The position numbers were made by a program, and so were the translations under genes. Positions 15,274 through 30,140 of a DNA stretch of 64,000 nucleotides are shown one piece after another (the first letter of the stretch is position 1; every line of letters starts with the position of its first letter). The notes under the pieces are model-generated. The model saw nothing but the letters and a program-made list of their open reading frames with translations. It was not told the DNA's origin and did no database searches. Location: positions 283,092,001 through 283,156,000 of the forward strand of contig OZ024742.1 of NCBI GenBank assembly GCA_964016885.1, in the 5' to 3' direction. The DNA comes from Eledone cirrhosa. Lineage: Eukaryota.

Positions 15274-15882
15274 TATATATATATATATGTATGTGTGTAC
15301 ACAATCTTCTTTACTTTTGATTTTTCTTATCATAGCTTTTACTTTTCTGTTTATCAGACAGTCTGATAAACTAACTTTTAACAAAACTTACATTGCACAT
15401 ACACACATAAACATACACATATACTCAAACATACACACACTCATACACGCACACACACATAATACATACTTTCATACATATATGTAGACTAGAAAAGTCT
15501 GATTAACTTTTAAGTTCATTACACTTCAGTGTTCCTACATATACATCAACCAACAACAGGTGGTGGTGGTGGTGGTGGTGGTGGTGGTAGTGGTGGTGGT
15601 GGTGGTGGTGGTGGTGGTGGTGGTGGTGGTGGTGGTGGTAGTGGTGGTGGTGGTGGTAGTGGTGGTGGTGGTGGTAGTGTGAGTTTAATGGTGGTGGTTG
15701 AAATAATGCCTTTTATCTGTAGGTTATATATATACTCATCATCATCATATATATATATGTATATATGTATATATGCAGTTCTGTTTACATGCCAATACAA
15801 GAGCAAGAATGACGGAGTCATTCTACTGACATGGCTTAAAAAGAGGCTGTTTGCATAATTGCAAACAAATCAAATATTATTA

Positions 15883-16072
15883 GGGCGGTGGATTGGCAGT
15901 ATCAGTAGAGGGTCGGACGCCATGCTTTGCAGCAAAGAGTTACGGCCCTTGCCATTCTAAGTTCAAATCACGCCGAGGTTAACTTTACCTTTCATCCTTA
16001 CGAGGTGGATAAAATAAAGTACCAGTAATGCACTGGGTAATTGCTGGCCTTGTGCCAAAAAGTAGAAACAAT
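15883..16072 (+). mobile_element. SINE family A
   Basis: GGCGGTGGATTGGCAGTATCAG head, GTTCAAATC B box, same body as 594-800. Confidence 0.87.
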
Positions 16073-16138
16073 TATTAATATTCGAAAAACTCAAATTACA
16101 ATTATTGTATTCAGCCATTTAGAGCGATAGAGTATTTG

Positions 16139-16253
<115 letters not shown>

Positions 16254-16459
16254 TGTAGCTAAGCCAAAGCATTGTGAGACATGTAATAAATTCTTTTTTA
16301 AAAGCCATTTTGGCTGTGTAGGGATGTGCAGAATTGTGGTCACAAAAATGTCACTGTAGTCATCCTTCCTATAACATTTAGTGTATAATGAATCACTCCT
16401 TTGTGATTCTTAGAGTAAAGTTGAGTAGAGAGAAGGAGCCAGTGGTGTCTGAATGTTCA

Positions 16460-16915
16460 ACCTCCAATGTTATGTGTGTCAATGTTTTTGAAAATGTAGA
16501 TCTTTTGAGCTTACTGTTGCTGACATTGGCGAACTGCTCTCTATCATCATGTGCAATGCTTTTTTTCTAGTTTGAAGGCTCTGTATACAAACAAATGTTA
16601 TGACTTCCAATGGAATGGAGTGTTTCAGGCCTGCTAGCCATCACATACAATGACCAGTTGGAGTACACAGCACTCACCATTTGCTACAAATGTTAGGACT
16701 TCTGATGGGATCAAGTCTTTCAGATCTGCTAGACATCACATACATGGACCAGTTGGAGTACACAGCATTCACCACTTGCAGCTCTTGCTTCTTCTTCTCC
16801 AGGAACGTAGATGATATCCTTATGCTCACTTCATCATGCGAAGAAGCCTTCAAGATCTACATCTTTGAAAACATTGACACACACAAAATTTGAAGTTGAA
16901 CATCTAGACAGCTTC
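16460..16915 (+). pseudogene. Decayed Penelope-like element reverse transcriptase fragment
   Basis: F*FEGSVYKQML*LPM, then GLLMGSSLSDLLDITYMDQLE...FFSRNVDDILML...FEVEH. This matches the PLE RT pattern Y.Q..GLPMGS.LS..LA..YM..LE...RYVDDI. Stops, frameshifts and a ~95-bp internal tandem duplication (16591/16686). Confidence 0.8.
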
Positions 16916-17057
16916 CAGCTTATATTAATATCCTTACAAAATGGCATCAATATAAATTTAAAGAACTGTAGACCGGAAAACAGAAAGCCAGAGAAAGAAT
17001 TTATTTTTTTATATATAATATAGTTTAGTTATGTAATAAACAACATAAGATAATTAT

Positions 17058-17119
17058 TTCATTTACCAGTGGTTTCTTGAAGACAGATATTTATATCTGT
17101 CTTCAGTCGTCTGAATGAA
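17058..17119 (-). ncRNA. Type I hammerhead motif, CAGACGA core variant
   Basis: Minus strand: TTCATT-CAGACGA-C-TGAAGACAGATAT-AA-ATATCTGTCTTCA-A-GAAA-CC-ACT-GG-TA-AATGAA; 3' flank resembles that of the 3560 motif. Confidence 0.75.
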
Positions 17120-17304
17120 TAAATAACATGGCAAATATTGAACATATATAAGCATATAAAACAGTACTAACTACACAAATTAGAGTTACATTGAATATTG
17201 AAGTGTCTTTTGTGGTTATGGAAAGCGAAGGGAAAGGCAAGGGCTCTAATGTTGCAGAATATGGGGAGATGAATGGTGATGGGGAGGGGGAAAGCTGATG
17301 GGCT

Positions 17305-17575
17305 CTAGGCCTAGGGTGTGGTGGCATTGGGGCTGTACCCCACGGACAAGACCACAAAATCATTCCTGTGGACAATGGCCGGCAACACCCACTGCAACAA
17401 ACACTCCACCTTGTAGGGCTCCTTCCTCAGGTGGGCTGCTGACATTCCGATCTTGTGGAGGAGCTCAGCAGGACTGGGTCCAAGTACGCCTAAAGTCTTG
17501 ACAGCGACTGGTGCGAAGAGGAAGTAGCCGGACAAACCTCGGTATTTGGTTATCTTCCTTCCCTAGTATTAAAAT
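17305..17575 (-). pseudogene. CRE-clade (restriction-like endonuclease) non-LTR retrotransposon C-terminus
   Basis: RKITKYRGLSGYFLFAPVAVKTLGVLGP...LLHKIG...EP...LLQ....AIVHRN matches the K..KY..L...F.PVAVETLG..GP...QR...A..RGN pattern. Confidence 0.75.
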
Positions 17576-19405
17576 TTAAAAAAATATCTTATATACATGA
17601 ATGTGTGTATGTATGTGTGCTTGTGTATATGCTTGTGTGTGTGTAGTAGTGAAGAATTTTGAAAATATCTTATATGCAGATAGTGTAAATTTTTGTGAAT
17701 GTGTGAGATTGTTTGGGTGTATGTGTGTGCGTGGGTGTGTGCTTGTGTGTGTGTGTATGCTTGTGTGTGTGTATGCTTGTGCTTGTGTGTGTGTAAGAAT
17801 TAAAGAAATTTTGAAAATATCTTATAATATATAGATATGTGTAAATGTTTGTGAATGTATGAGTGTGTGTAGTATATATCTACGTATAACCGTAAATTTT
17901 TTTTTTATATTTTCATAAAAAAACAGCGATAATTACAACAAATGTATATATGTAAGTATATGAATGTAAGAATAGAAGAAATTTTTGAAATATTTTATAT
18001 ATAGATATATGTAAATTCTATATTTAATTGTATGAATGTGTGTGTATAACCATATAAAATACTGCTTTTCTTTTTATATTTAACAGTAATAACCATAACT
18101 ACAAACGCATCTGTGTGTGTGTGTGTGTCTGTGTATGTGTGTGTGTCAGTGTATGAAAGTGTGGGTTGGTGAAAGTCAGTGTGTGTATGAAAATGTTTGT
18201 GTGAATCAGTATTGTATGCGTATGTATGTGTGTGTATCTATCTATAAATAAATGAGTATGTGTATGTGAATGAGTGTCTGTGTGTTTGTGTGTGTGTGTG
18301 CATGTGCGTGCGTGTGTGTGTGTGCATGTGCGTGCGTGTGTTTATTTATGAATATGACCGTGTGTAAGTATGAGTGTCTATGTGCCTGTGTGTGTGAGTG
18401 AATGTGGGAGTGTGTGTGTATGTGTGTGTCTATGAATATGACCGTGTGTAAGTATGAGTATCTGTGTGCATGTGTGTGAGTGAATGTGTGCGTGTGGGTG
18501 CGTGTGTGTAGTTATAAATTTAAAAGAACAGCAATAATCGAAACTACAAACGTGTATGAGTGTATGTGTGTGTGCATGCATGTTTGTGTGTGTGTGTGAG
18601 AGGCTATGTATATATATATATATATATGTTTGAGTGCATGTGTGTGTGTGTGTGTATGTGTGGCTATGTATATATATGTTTGAGTGCATGTGTGTGCGTA
18701 TGTGTGAGTGCGGCTATGTTTGTATGTGTGTGTGTGTGTCAGTGTCACTGTGTAAATGTGTGTCTGTGTTTGTGTGTGGCTATGTTTGTATGTGTGCGTG
18801 TATGTGTGTAAGTGTGTGTGTGTATGTATCTGTGCGTGTATGCGTGTGAGTGTCAGTGTATGTGTGGCTATGTGTGTGTGTGTGTGTATATGTGTGTACA
18901 TGTGGCTGTGTGTGTGTGTGTGTGTCACTGTGTATGCGTGGCTATGTGCATGTGTGTGCATGTGGCTGTGTATGTGTGTGTGTGTATGTGTCTGTACGTT
19001 TGGCTGTGTGTGTATGTATCTGTATATGTGTGTGTGTGTGTGTGGCTGTGTGGCTGTCTGTACGTGTGGCTGTGTATGTGTCTGCACGTGTGTGTATGTG
19101 TGTGTATGTGTGTGTACGTGTGTATGTGTGTATGTGTGTATGTGTGTATGTGAAAGAAACAAAGGTATATCAGTAATTAGATAGAGGTTTTTGGTGAAAA
19201 TATTCTTAGCAGGGCTTCAGGTTGAATCAATAAAATGAACAATTTTTCACATTTTCTCTGGTAATTCCATAACAAAATTTTAATAAATAACATCTACACA
19301 AATAAATAAAAGTTTTATTTATCTTTTTACATACAAATGGCTAAATTTTTATCTCCTGTATAAAGTTTTCTAAAAATATAATGTATATATATATGTGTGT
19401 GTGTG

Positions 19406-19485
<80 letters not shown>

Positions 19486-19764
19486 TATATATATAATACA
19501 TATATATATTACATATATATAATACATATATATATATATATAATATATATATAATATATATATAATACATATATATATATAATATATATATAATACATAT
19601 ATATACATATATATAATATATATATAATACATATATATATTACATATATATAATACTTATATATATATAATATATATATAATACATATATATATGATATA
19701 TATAATATCTATATAATACAAATATATATATATATATATAATACATATATAATACTTATATATG

Positions 19765-19796
<32 letters not shown>

Positions 19797-21966
19797 ATAC
19801 ATATATATATATGAATGTATGTATGCACATATACCTGTATGTATGCGTTTGTGTATAGATCCATTGATAGGTGCACAGTGAAATTAGATACTCTTTCTCT
19901 TCTTTATTGTTGTTGTTGTTGTTGTTGTAGTTTATTCACATGCACCACACACACACATACACACACATCACACCACACACACACACATACACACAAATAT
20001 ATTTTTTGAAAAGCTAAAAGTTTTATAACTTTTAGTTCTTATCAGTTAATTTAGATGTCTTAACACTCACACCCACAGATGTGTGGGTGTTATATATATA
20101 TATATATATATTTGTGTGTGTATGTACATCTATCTATCTATATATATCATATATATATGAATGTATATATAATAGATATATATTATATATATATATATAT
20201 ATGCATGTATGTATGTATGTATATATATATATATCTATATATATCATATATATAAGAATGTATATATAATAGATGTATATTTAAATTTTGTGTTGCATCG
20301 CATTAACCTTGGGACACTGAAAAGCAAGAGAGGAGATAGATTTATCACAATCTTTAATATAACAATGTTTTTATTATTTTTGATTGTTAATTTATTTTAT
20401 TTTCTAGTTGTCTGTCTGTTTGTCTGTCAGTCTGAACATCACTTAAACAAAAATGGGTTACATTTTGGTGTTTGGTATTAGTGATGTGATGGTTAACATT
20501 CTGTCCCAGCCATGCGCTGGGGTTTGATGTGATCAAACTCTACCTGTGGCCTCTTTGTGTGGGCCCCGGCCCGTGTTAGAAGACAATATTTGTGATATAG
20601 TATGGGAGCTTCGGTAAAATATGGTATCTGCCATGTACTGGGGTTTAACATGATGACTTTATTCTTTCCTTTCTCCCTTCCTACCAAATGTGTGGCCTCC
20701 TTGTACCTGCTTCTGTTAGAGGTCAGTATGTATGATGTAATAGGAGGCTCTGGTCAAATATGGTACTGGTCATGTACTAGGGTTCAACATGGTCAACTCT
20801 AACCAATCCCTAGCCAGCTCACCATATTTGAGGCCTCTCTGTGCTTACTTCTGTCAGAAGTCAGTATTTCTGTTAGCTGGTATGTAAATATACAACCCAA
20901 GTGTTCTAGTGTGCCTAATCTATTGTTGACCAAGTTTAACATCAACACCTGGTCAACTCATGGGTGTCTTTAGTGGAATGCACCACTCCTTTGGAAACAT
21001 TCAGACCAGGTCATCCACAAATAACCTATAGGGGATGGTGGTAAACCCAGCCTGTTGCCCAGGTTAACTCCACCACCTTGATATCTTTACTGAAGTGAGC
21101 ACTCTCCGAAGGAAACATTCAGACCAGGTCATCTGCAATTAGTCGATGAGGATAGGTGGTAGACCCAGCCTGTAGCCCAGGTTAACACCACCACCTGGCC
21201 AGGGGTTCAGGTACCTTTAGTGGAGTGGTGCATTCCACTAAAGGCAGCATTCAGTAGATAATTCAATGGATAATTCAGTAGATAATTCAATATCTTGATG
21301 TGCAGATTCCTACTGCCCCTTCCTTTGGGCTACTTGCTGTTTTAAAATATGTAACAGAGCTGAACCTTTGAACTACAGGTGCAATCCTCCAGACGGGCTT
21401 CCACACATTTTCTGTCTACTTAATTTCAATTACAAGGATTAGGCTAACATGAGGTTATGGTAGAAAACATTTGGCGAAGGCACCAGGAAATGGGATCAAA
21501 CCCTTTGTAAACACTTGGTTTACATTTCACAGTAAGGCTTAAATTGTATGTTTATTAAAAAAAAAAAAGGTATACATTACATTTCAAACACACACACATA
21601 CACATACACAAACACATGCACACACACACACACACACACTCACACATACACACAAACACACACACACACGTGCATGGCTGAGTATCATTACTGATCCTAT
21701 GTATCATTGCTGGTCTTATACACACACGTGTGCACAGGACATTATATACAGGTCTTATACACACGCTCATCTGTGCAGAGGCCAGTATCATATGGGGGGG
21801 GGGTCTATACATATACACACACACACACACACACATACACCTACACATACATTCCAGACAGGAATGTGTGTGTTTGTTCTAATCAGGTTATCAATTTCAA
21901 CCAAACAGCTGCTCATTACCCAATACTCTTTTCACTTAAAATCTCACACATACACACACACACCAA

Positions 21967-22017
<51 letters not shown>

Positions 22018-22020
22018 GTA

Positions 22021-22140
<120 letters not shown>

Positions 22141-22469
22141 TGTCCCTTTCTCTCTTTTCCTGTACATCTCCCTATTTCTCTACCTCTATCTGTCTCCCAG
22201 CACCTTCCTCTCTCTCTCTCTGTTCTTCTCTCTTTCTCTCATTCTGCCCCTCCTCCCCTTCCTCTCTCCGCACCCCCACTATGCTATCAATAGACAAAAC
22301 CCTTCTTGTTTTACATCTAACTAGAATGTCATCTCCTGTAAGTTAAGGTTACACACACACACAATATGAGGTGAGGGGTTTCTCATCTCCAAATTAGGCC
22401 CTACTCTCTCCCTCTTCCACACACACAATAACACTCACACTCACCCATACACACATACTTTCACGCACA

Positions 22470-22975
22470 CACAATCACCCTCAAACACACACACAAGCAA
22501 CCTCAAACACACACACACACAAGCAACCTCAAACACACACACACACAATCACCCTCAAACACACACACACACAATCACCCTCAAACACACACAAGCAACC
22601 TCAAACACACACACAATCACCCTCATACACATACACACTGATACACATACACACAATCACCCTCATGCATACACACACACACACAATCAGCCTCAAACAC
22701 ACACACAAGCAACCTCAAACACACACACAATCACCCTCATACACATACACACAAGCACCCTCATACACACACACACAATCACCCTCATACACACACACAC
22801 AATCACCCTCATACACATACACACAATCACCCTCATACACATACACACAAAATCCCTCGTACACATACACACAAGTACCCTCATGCATATAAACACAAGC
22901 ACCCTCATACACAAACACCCTCATGCATATACACACAAGCACCCTCATACACACACATACACAAGCACACATGTG
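22470..22975. repeat. ~22-24 bp minisatellite (ACACAATCACCCTCATACAC-like)
   Basis: About 20 diverged tandem units. Confidence 0.9.
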
Positions 22976-24159
22976 CATGACATGCCTGTCTAGGGTGGGT
23001 GCCTGAGAACCTTTCTTCTCACCCCCATTCTTTTACAATGCAACCCTCTACCACCACCACCTCCTATTGTCTAATCACATCAAAACTACCATTGAGACAG
23101 CCTCTACATAGTCACTTGACTTGCTAGAAATATCAGCCAAATTTCTCTCAAATTATACTGGTTTTATTGCCTTAGTAGATTGTAGATTCAATCCATCATT
23201 TAACTCTGATTTAACCTTAAACCATTTAGCATTTACCTTACTCTATATATATGCTATTGTACCCCCCCCCCGCCCACACACACACACTCACACTCCAGTA
23301 AAGGCTTTATCTCACATAGTATCAAATTTAAGAGATTTTGATATTATTTATTTTGAGAATAATACCTTAACATCAGTACGAGTGGCTAGTTAAAAGAGGT
23401 GAGACAATTCTGGCCAGATATCTCCGGTTTAATGCCTGAAATTGGCCATGGTTCTACAACACAAAACAATTATTTTTAATTGTATATATTTATCTAAAAA
23501 GCTTCCAACATAGATGTATGTAAAAATCTTTGTGAAATTATGTTCCAAATTCCATCTTAGTACTGAGAAAGTTTTCTTTTTTTACTAAATCCCTCCAAAT
23601 TCTTAAATATTTTCAAAACCATTTGAAAATCATAAACAGTGTCTTTCATTAGAAATATAGTAATGGAATGAGTAAAAACCCTATGTGACTCTAGTGTGCA
23701 TTTAACAAGTTTACTTTGTTGCAAGTATTCAGATCAGATCTACAGGTGTAGGGATAGCTTCTTCCTTAAGTCTCGCACAAACCCCAGGGAATCTAAACAG
23801 AATCATAGGCATTTCCATTCTCAAAAAAAAAAAAACGAAGGTGGTGAGTAGGGAGGTGGTGCTAGAGCCTATATAAAATTATAGTGAAAGTTTTAGATAA
23901 ATATAAAAAAATTTTAAACAAATAACTCAGTGTCATAGAACGAAAGCAATTGCAGGCAGTTTGGTGTTAAAAGGGTTAAAATATATATATTTAAAAAGAA
24001 TGAATGATAGTATATGAAAATTTGAACTTAGCTCACAAGAGTCAGGAGACCCCAGGCTGGGAATCACTGCTCCATAGCATGGTTCATTAACACAATTTGG
24101 ACAGTTTCTGTCTGCCATATTTCACTCATGTGACTTCTGTGGTAAAAAGAAGTCATATC

Positions 24160-24480
24160 TAAGCATCAGGCTTACAATCATGAGGTTGTTAGTTCGCTTC
24201 TCAGACCAGGCTTTGTGTTGTGTTCTTGAGCAAGACACTTTATTTCATGGTGCTCCAGTTCACTCAGCTGTAGAAATGAGTTGCAACCTCACTGGTGCCA
24301 AGTTGCATTGGCCATAGCCTTTCCCTTGGACAACATCGGTGGCGTGGAGAGGGAGACCGGTATGCATCATGGATGACAACTAGTCTTCCACAAACAAACT
24401 TGCCTGAACTTGTACCTTGGAAGGGAACTTTCTAGGTGAAAATCCTGTAGTCGTTCAAGACAGAAGGGGGTTTTCACCCT
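24160..24480 (+). mobile_element. SINE family B head/body with alternative tail
   Basis: GAGGTTGTTAGTTCG...CTTGAGCAAGACACTTTATTTCA...CTCAGCTGTAGAAATGAG, then a tail unlike the other copies. Confidence 0.7.
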
Positions 24481-24897
24481 TTACTCCAAACTAAGAACTG
24501 AACTTGACTATCAAATGAACCATCTCATTTGAAAAAAAGGGGAGTTGTTCTGTCTAAATTGAATTGTCATTTAATTAAATATTCAGTTTATAGATTTTTT
24601 AAAAGCATTTTCAATGGAAAAGCAATTAAACATATTGATAAATTAAATATTAAATTTACTTACTCCAGTATCGACTTGTTCATCATATATATTAATGTTG
24701 TAAGTGGAGGGGGGGAGGGGGCTCATTGTACATATGTGTATGAATGTATGAATTTGTATGAATATAGTTGTGCATATGGTGTATATAGGAGTGTATATAA
24801 TATTTATAACTGTTAAAATGATGGTGATATATGCATATATATATGCACATTCATATATATATATATATGAATGTGCATATATATATATATATGCACA

Positions 24898-24936
<39 letters not shown>

Positions 24937-25005
24937 TATACCAGCAGAGAAAAGCTGCCATAAAATTATATGCATATATATATATACATACATAAATACA
25001 TACAT

Positions 25006-25046
<41 letters not shown>

Positions 25047-26316
25047 CACGCATGCATATATTCACATATGCAACACCCAGACATAATATAAATTTCTGCT
25101 ATTTCATCAAATCAAAACAATATTTCTACATACTAAATTTTTGGAAATAAAATAAAATATATTTTCTGACTCCATCAATCAATATTTTCAATGTTGATAT
25201 ATCAAATGTATTGATGCTGTACTTTTTACTGTTGTTGTTGCTGTTGTAATTTTTATTGTTGTAGTTTGTCAGGGTAGATATACTTTTTGTTGTTGTGGTT
25301 GCCATTGATTCTTGTAGTGGTTGTTGTAGTTGGTGGTGGTGGTGGTGGTGTTGGTGGTGTTGGTGGTGTTGGTGGTAGTGGAGATGTTGGTGGTTGTAGT
25401 GGTGGTGATGGTGGTGATGGTGGTTTTGGTGGTGGTAGTGGTGGTGATGGTAGTGATGATGGTAGTGGTGGTGGTGGTGGTGATGATGGTGGTGATGTTG
25501 TAGTTGTTGTTGATGGTGGTGGTAATGGTAGTGGTTTTGGTGTTGTTGTAGTTGTTGGTGGTTTTGGTGATGGTGGTGGTCGTGCTGTTGTTGTTGTTGG
25601 AGATGTAGTTGTTTTTGGTGGTGGTTGTGATGTTGTTGTTGTAGTTTGTGGTAGTGGTGGTGGTCGTCGTGTTGTTGTTCTTGGTGGTGGTGATGTTGTA
25701 GTTGTTGGTGCTGGTGGTGGTGGTAATGTTGTAGTTGTTCTTAGTGGTGGTGGTGATGTAGTTGTTGTTAATGATGGTGGTGGTGATGGTAGTTGTGTTG
25801 TTGTTGATATTGTTGTTGTGGTTGTTGTAGTGAATATGTATTCTGAATGAATCTATATACATTTGTAACTCTAACGCCCCTCCCCCTTTTCATTACACAT
25901 CCACACACACGCTCACACATACACACACACACGCACACACATACGCACACGCTCACACATACACACACATACACAAATACATGCACACACACACACACTT
26001 TCATCACTACTATTCATCACACTATTTATATACATAGATACACACACGCTCACACATGCACACATGCGCACACACACACATAGACACACATACACATATA
26101 GATACACACACACACACACGCTCACACACATACACAAACACACACATGCACACACATGCAAACATACATGAAGAAATATGTGTATATGTATGTATATGAT
26201 GATGTATGCTTGTGTACATGTATATATATGCATGTGTATATATGTATATGTATATATATATGTATATATATATATGTATATATATGTATATATATATATA
26301 TATATGTGTATATATG

Positions 26317-26347
<31 letters not shown>

Positions 26348-26464
26348 GAATATATATGTATATATATATATATATATATGTATATATACGTATATATACG
26401 TATATATACGTATATATACGTATATATACGTATATATATATATATATGTATATATATATGAATA

Positions 26465-26524
<60 letters not shown>

Positions 26525-26598
26525 CGTATATATACGTATATATACGTATATATACGTATATATACGTATATATACGTATATATACGTATATATACATA

Positions 26599-26638
<40 letters not shown>

Positions 26639-26756
26639 CATATATATTCATATATATATATATATATATATACATATATATTCATATATATATACATATA
26701 TATATATATATACATATATACACATATATATACATACATACATATATATCTGTATG

Positions 26757-26791
<35 letters not shown>

Positions 26792-26806
26792 GAATATGAT
26801 TGTATG

Positions 26807-26863
<57 letters not shown>

Positions 26864-26870
26864 ATTCATA

Positions 26871-26980
<110 letters not shown>

Positions 26981-27134
26981 CAGATATATGCTGTTTTGCA
27001 TAGAGGACAATCAAAGTGAAACCATATTAATGGAACACCCTTTTAAACATGTTAACAGTTATAGTTTGTTATTCTTTTGGCTCTTGTTGATGTTTTTAAA
27101 CATCTATAAATACAAACCTACATATGTATAGATT

Positions 27135-27463
27135 TATATATATATGTAGGAGGTGAGTTTTATTGTAGTACAATAAAGCAATGCAGATATCGGATAAGAA
27201 GCACTCTACAGTTTGTAGGACTGGAGTATACATAATATATAAGATCAAAAGATGGTTAAATGAGTTCCATATATTTTATTATGCGCATTTCAATTGATAT
27301 GTTGATTTAAAACTGCACTATCCACAAGTGTTTTTAACCTTCACATCATGTCCTATTTTATCTGATGAAAACACAAATGTTATTGCATGATGATATTTGT
27401 TTTTGAAATGCGCATAATAAAATATATGGAACTCATTTAACCATCTTTTGATCTTATATATTA
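27135..27463. mobile_element. Fold-back hammerhead cassette (PLE pseudo-LTR-like) in (TA)n
   Basis: Perfect 61-bp inverted repeat 27233-27293/27403-27463; left arm continues on the - strand to a ...CTCCTACA(TA)n end resembling 35515-35610. Confidence 0.75.
27354..27424 (+). ncRNA. Type I minimal hammerhead ribozyme
   Basis: Stem I TATTTTAT/ATAAAATA perfect, CTGATGA 27362-27368, stem II AAACACAAATGTTATT/GATGATATTTGTTTTT, GAAA 27405-27408, stem III T-GCGC-A with palindromic loop, triplet ATA. Confidence 0.88.
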
Positions 27464-27464
27464 G

Positions 27465-27534
<70 letters not shown>

Positions 27535-27859
27535 TTGTGTGTGTGTATATATAAATGTGTGTGTATGTATGTGTATGTGTGTTTGTATTATATATATATA
27601 TATATATATGTATTTGTGTGTGTGTGTATATATAAATGTGTGTGTATGTATGTGTATGTGTGTTTGTATTATATATATATATATATATATATATGTATTT
27701 GTGTGTGTGTATATATATATATATGTGTGTGTGTGTATGTATATATATATGTATGTGTGTGTATATATATGTTTATATGTGTGTGTATATATGTATATAT
27801 GTGTGTGTGTATGTATGTATATATATATATATGAGTTTGTGTGTATATGTGTGTGTTTG

Positions 27860-27890
<31 letters not shown>

Positions 27891-28089
27891 ATGTACATAT
27901 ATTATATACACACATTCACCCACATATAAATAAATTCCTTTTTGTTCTACACTCTTGTAGATTCTAAATTCCTTGTTTCCATTACCTCAACATTGTGTTC
28001 TGTTCCCTGGATTTTTTGTTTTTCAGTTGTGTTTTTGTTTATTTTTCAGTACTTTTTGTATTTGTTGAACGGAAATGTTTAACGCCCTC

Positions 28090-28320
28090 CCCCTCTCTCT
28101 CCTATGTCCATTCTCTCTCTCTCTCTCTCCTATGTCCATTCTCTCTCTCTCTCTCTCTCTCTCCTATGTCCATTCTCTCTCTTTCTCTTCACTTCTATGT
28201 CCACTCTCACTCTCTTCTCTCCTATGTCCATTCTCTCTCTCTCTCTCCTCTCTCCTATGTCCATTCTCTCTCTCTCTCACTCTCTCTCTCCTCTCTCCTA
28301 TGTCCATTCTCTCTCTATCA

Positions 28321-28364
<44 letters not shown>

Positions 28365-28460
28365 GTCCATTCTCTCTCTCTCTCTCTTTCTCTCTCCTAC
28401 GTCTATTCTCTCTCCTCTCCCCTCTCCTACGTCTATTCTCTCCTACCACATCTCTCTCCT
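28090..28460. repeat. (CT)n tract punctuated by CCTATGTCCATT units
   Basis: About 10 recurrences. Confidence 0.9.
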
Positions 28461-28569
28461 ACTCTCCCAATCCCTTCCATATTGGAAATACTACAAAGGA
28501 ATCATTTTTGCCAAGATCCCCAATAGAAATGACCTCAGTTCTCTCTATGTCCATTAAATACATATGCAG

Positions 28570-30140
28570 ACGTACAGTACACATTACACTACTACACTGT
28601 ACACTACTATACTACACAGTACTCATTACACTACTACACTGTACTCTACTATACTACACAGTATACTATACTCTATACACCACTATATTACACACTATAC
28701 TATACACTACTACACTGTACACCACTATATTACACACTATACTATACTCTATACACTGTACACTAATACTACAAAGTATACTCTATACACTGTACACTAC
28801 TATACTACACAGTATACTATACACTATGCACTACTATACTACACAGTATACTATACACTGTACACTACTATACACTGTACACCACTATATTACACACTAT
28901 ACTGTACACTACTATACTACACAGTATACTATACACTATACACTACTATACTACACAGTATACTATACATTGTACACTACTATACACTGTACACCACTAT
29001 ATTACACACTATACTGTACATTACTATACTACACAGTATACTATACACTATACACTACTATACTACACAGTATACTATACACTGTACACTACTATACTAC
29101 ACAGTATGCTATACACTACTACACTGTACACTACTATACTACACAGTATATTCTATACACTACTACACTGTACATTACTATACTACACAGTATGCTATAC
29201 ACTACTACACTGTACACTACTATACTACACAGTATATTCTATACACTACTACACTGTACACTACTATACTACACAGTATATTCTATACACTACTACACTG
29301 TACACTACTATACTACACAGTATATTCTATACTCTAAACACTGTACACTACTATACTACACAGTATATTCTATACACTACTACACTGTACACTACTATAC
29401 TACACAGTATACTCTATACACTGTACACTACTATACTACACAGTATGCTATACACTACTACACTCTACACTACTATACTACACAGTATACTCTATACACT
29501 GTACACTACTATACTACACAGTATGCTATACACTACTACACTCTACACTACTATACTACACAGTATACTCTAAACACTGTACACTACTATACTACACAGT
29601 ATGCTATACACTACTACACTCTACACTACTATACTACACAGTATACTCTAAACACTGTACACTACTATACTACACAGTATGCTATACACTACTACACTCT
29701 ACACTACTATACTACACAGTATGCTATACACTACTACACTGTACACTACTATACTACACAGTATACTCTATACACTGTACACTACTATACTACACAGTAT
29801 GCTATACACTACTACACTGTACACTACTATATTACACAGTATACTCTATACACTGTTCACTACTATACTACACAGTATGCTATACACTACTGCACTGTAC
29901 ACCACTATACTACACAGTATACTATACACTACTACACTGTACACTACTATACTACACAGTATACTATACACTGTACACTACTATACTACACAGTATACTA
30001 TACACTGTACACTACTATACTACACAGTATACTCTATACACTGTACACTTCTATACTACACAGTATACTATACACTACATACTACATACTACACTGTACA
30101 CCACTATATTACACAGTATACTATACTCTATACACTGTAT
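28570..30140. repeat. 1.6-kb minisatellite of ACACT/ATACT-like subunits with 31-38 bp higher-order units
   Basis: Recurring ACACTGTACACTACTATACTACACAGTAT; explains the spurious 715-aa ORF. Confidence 0.93.
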
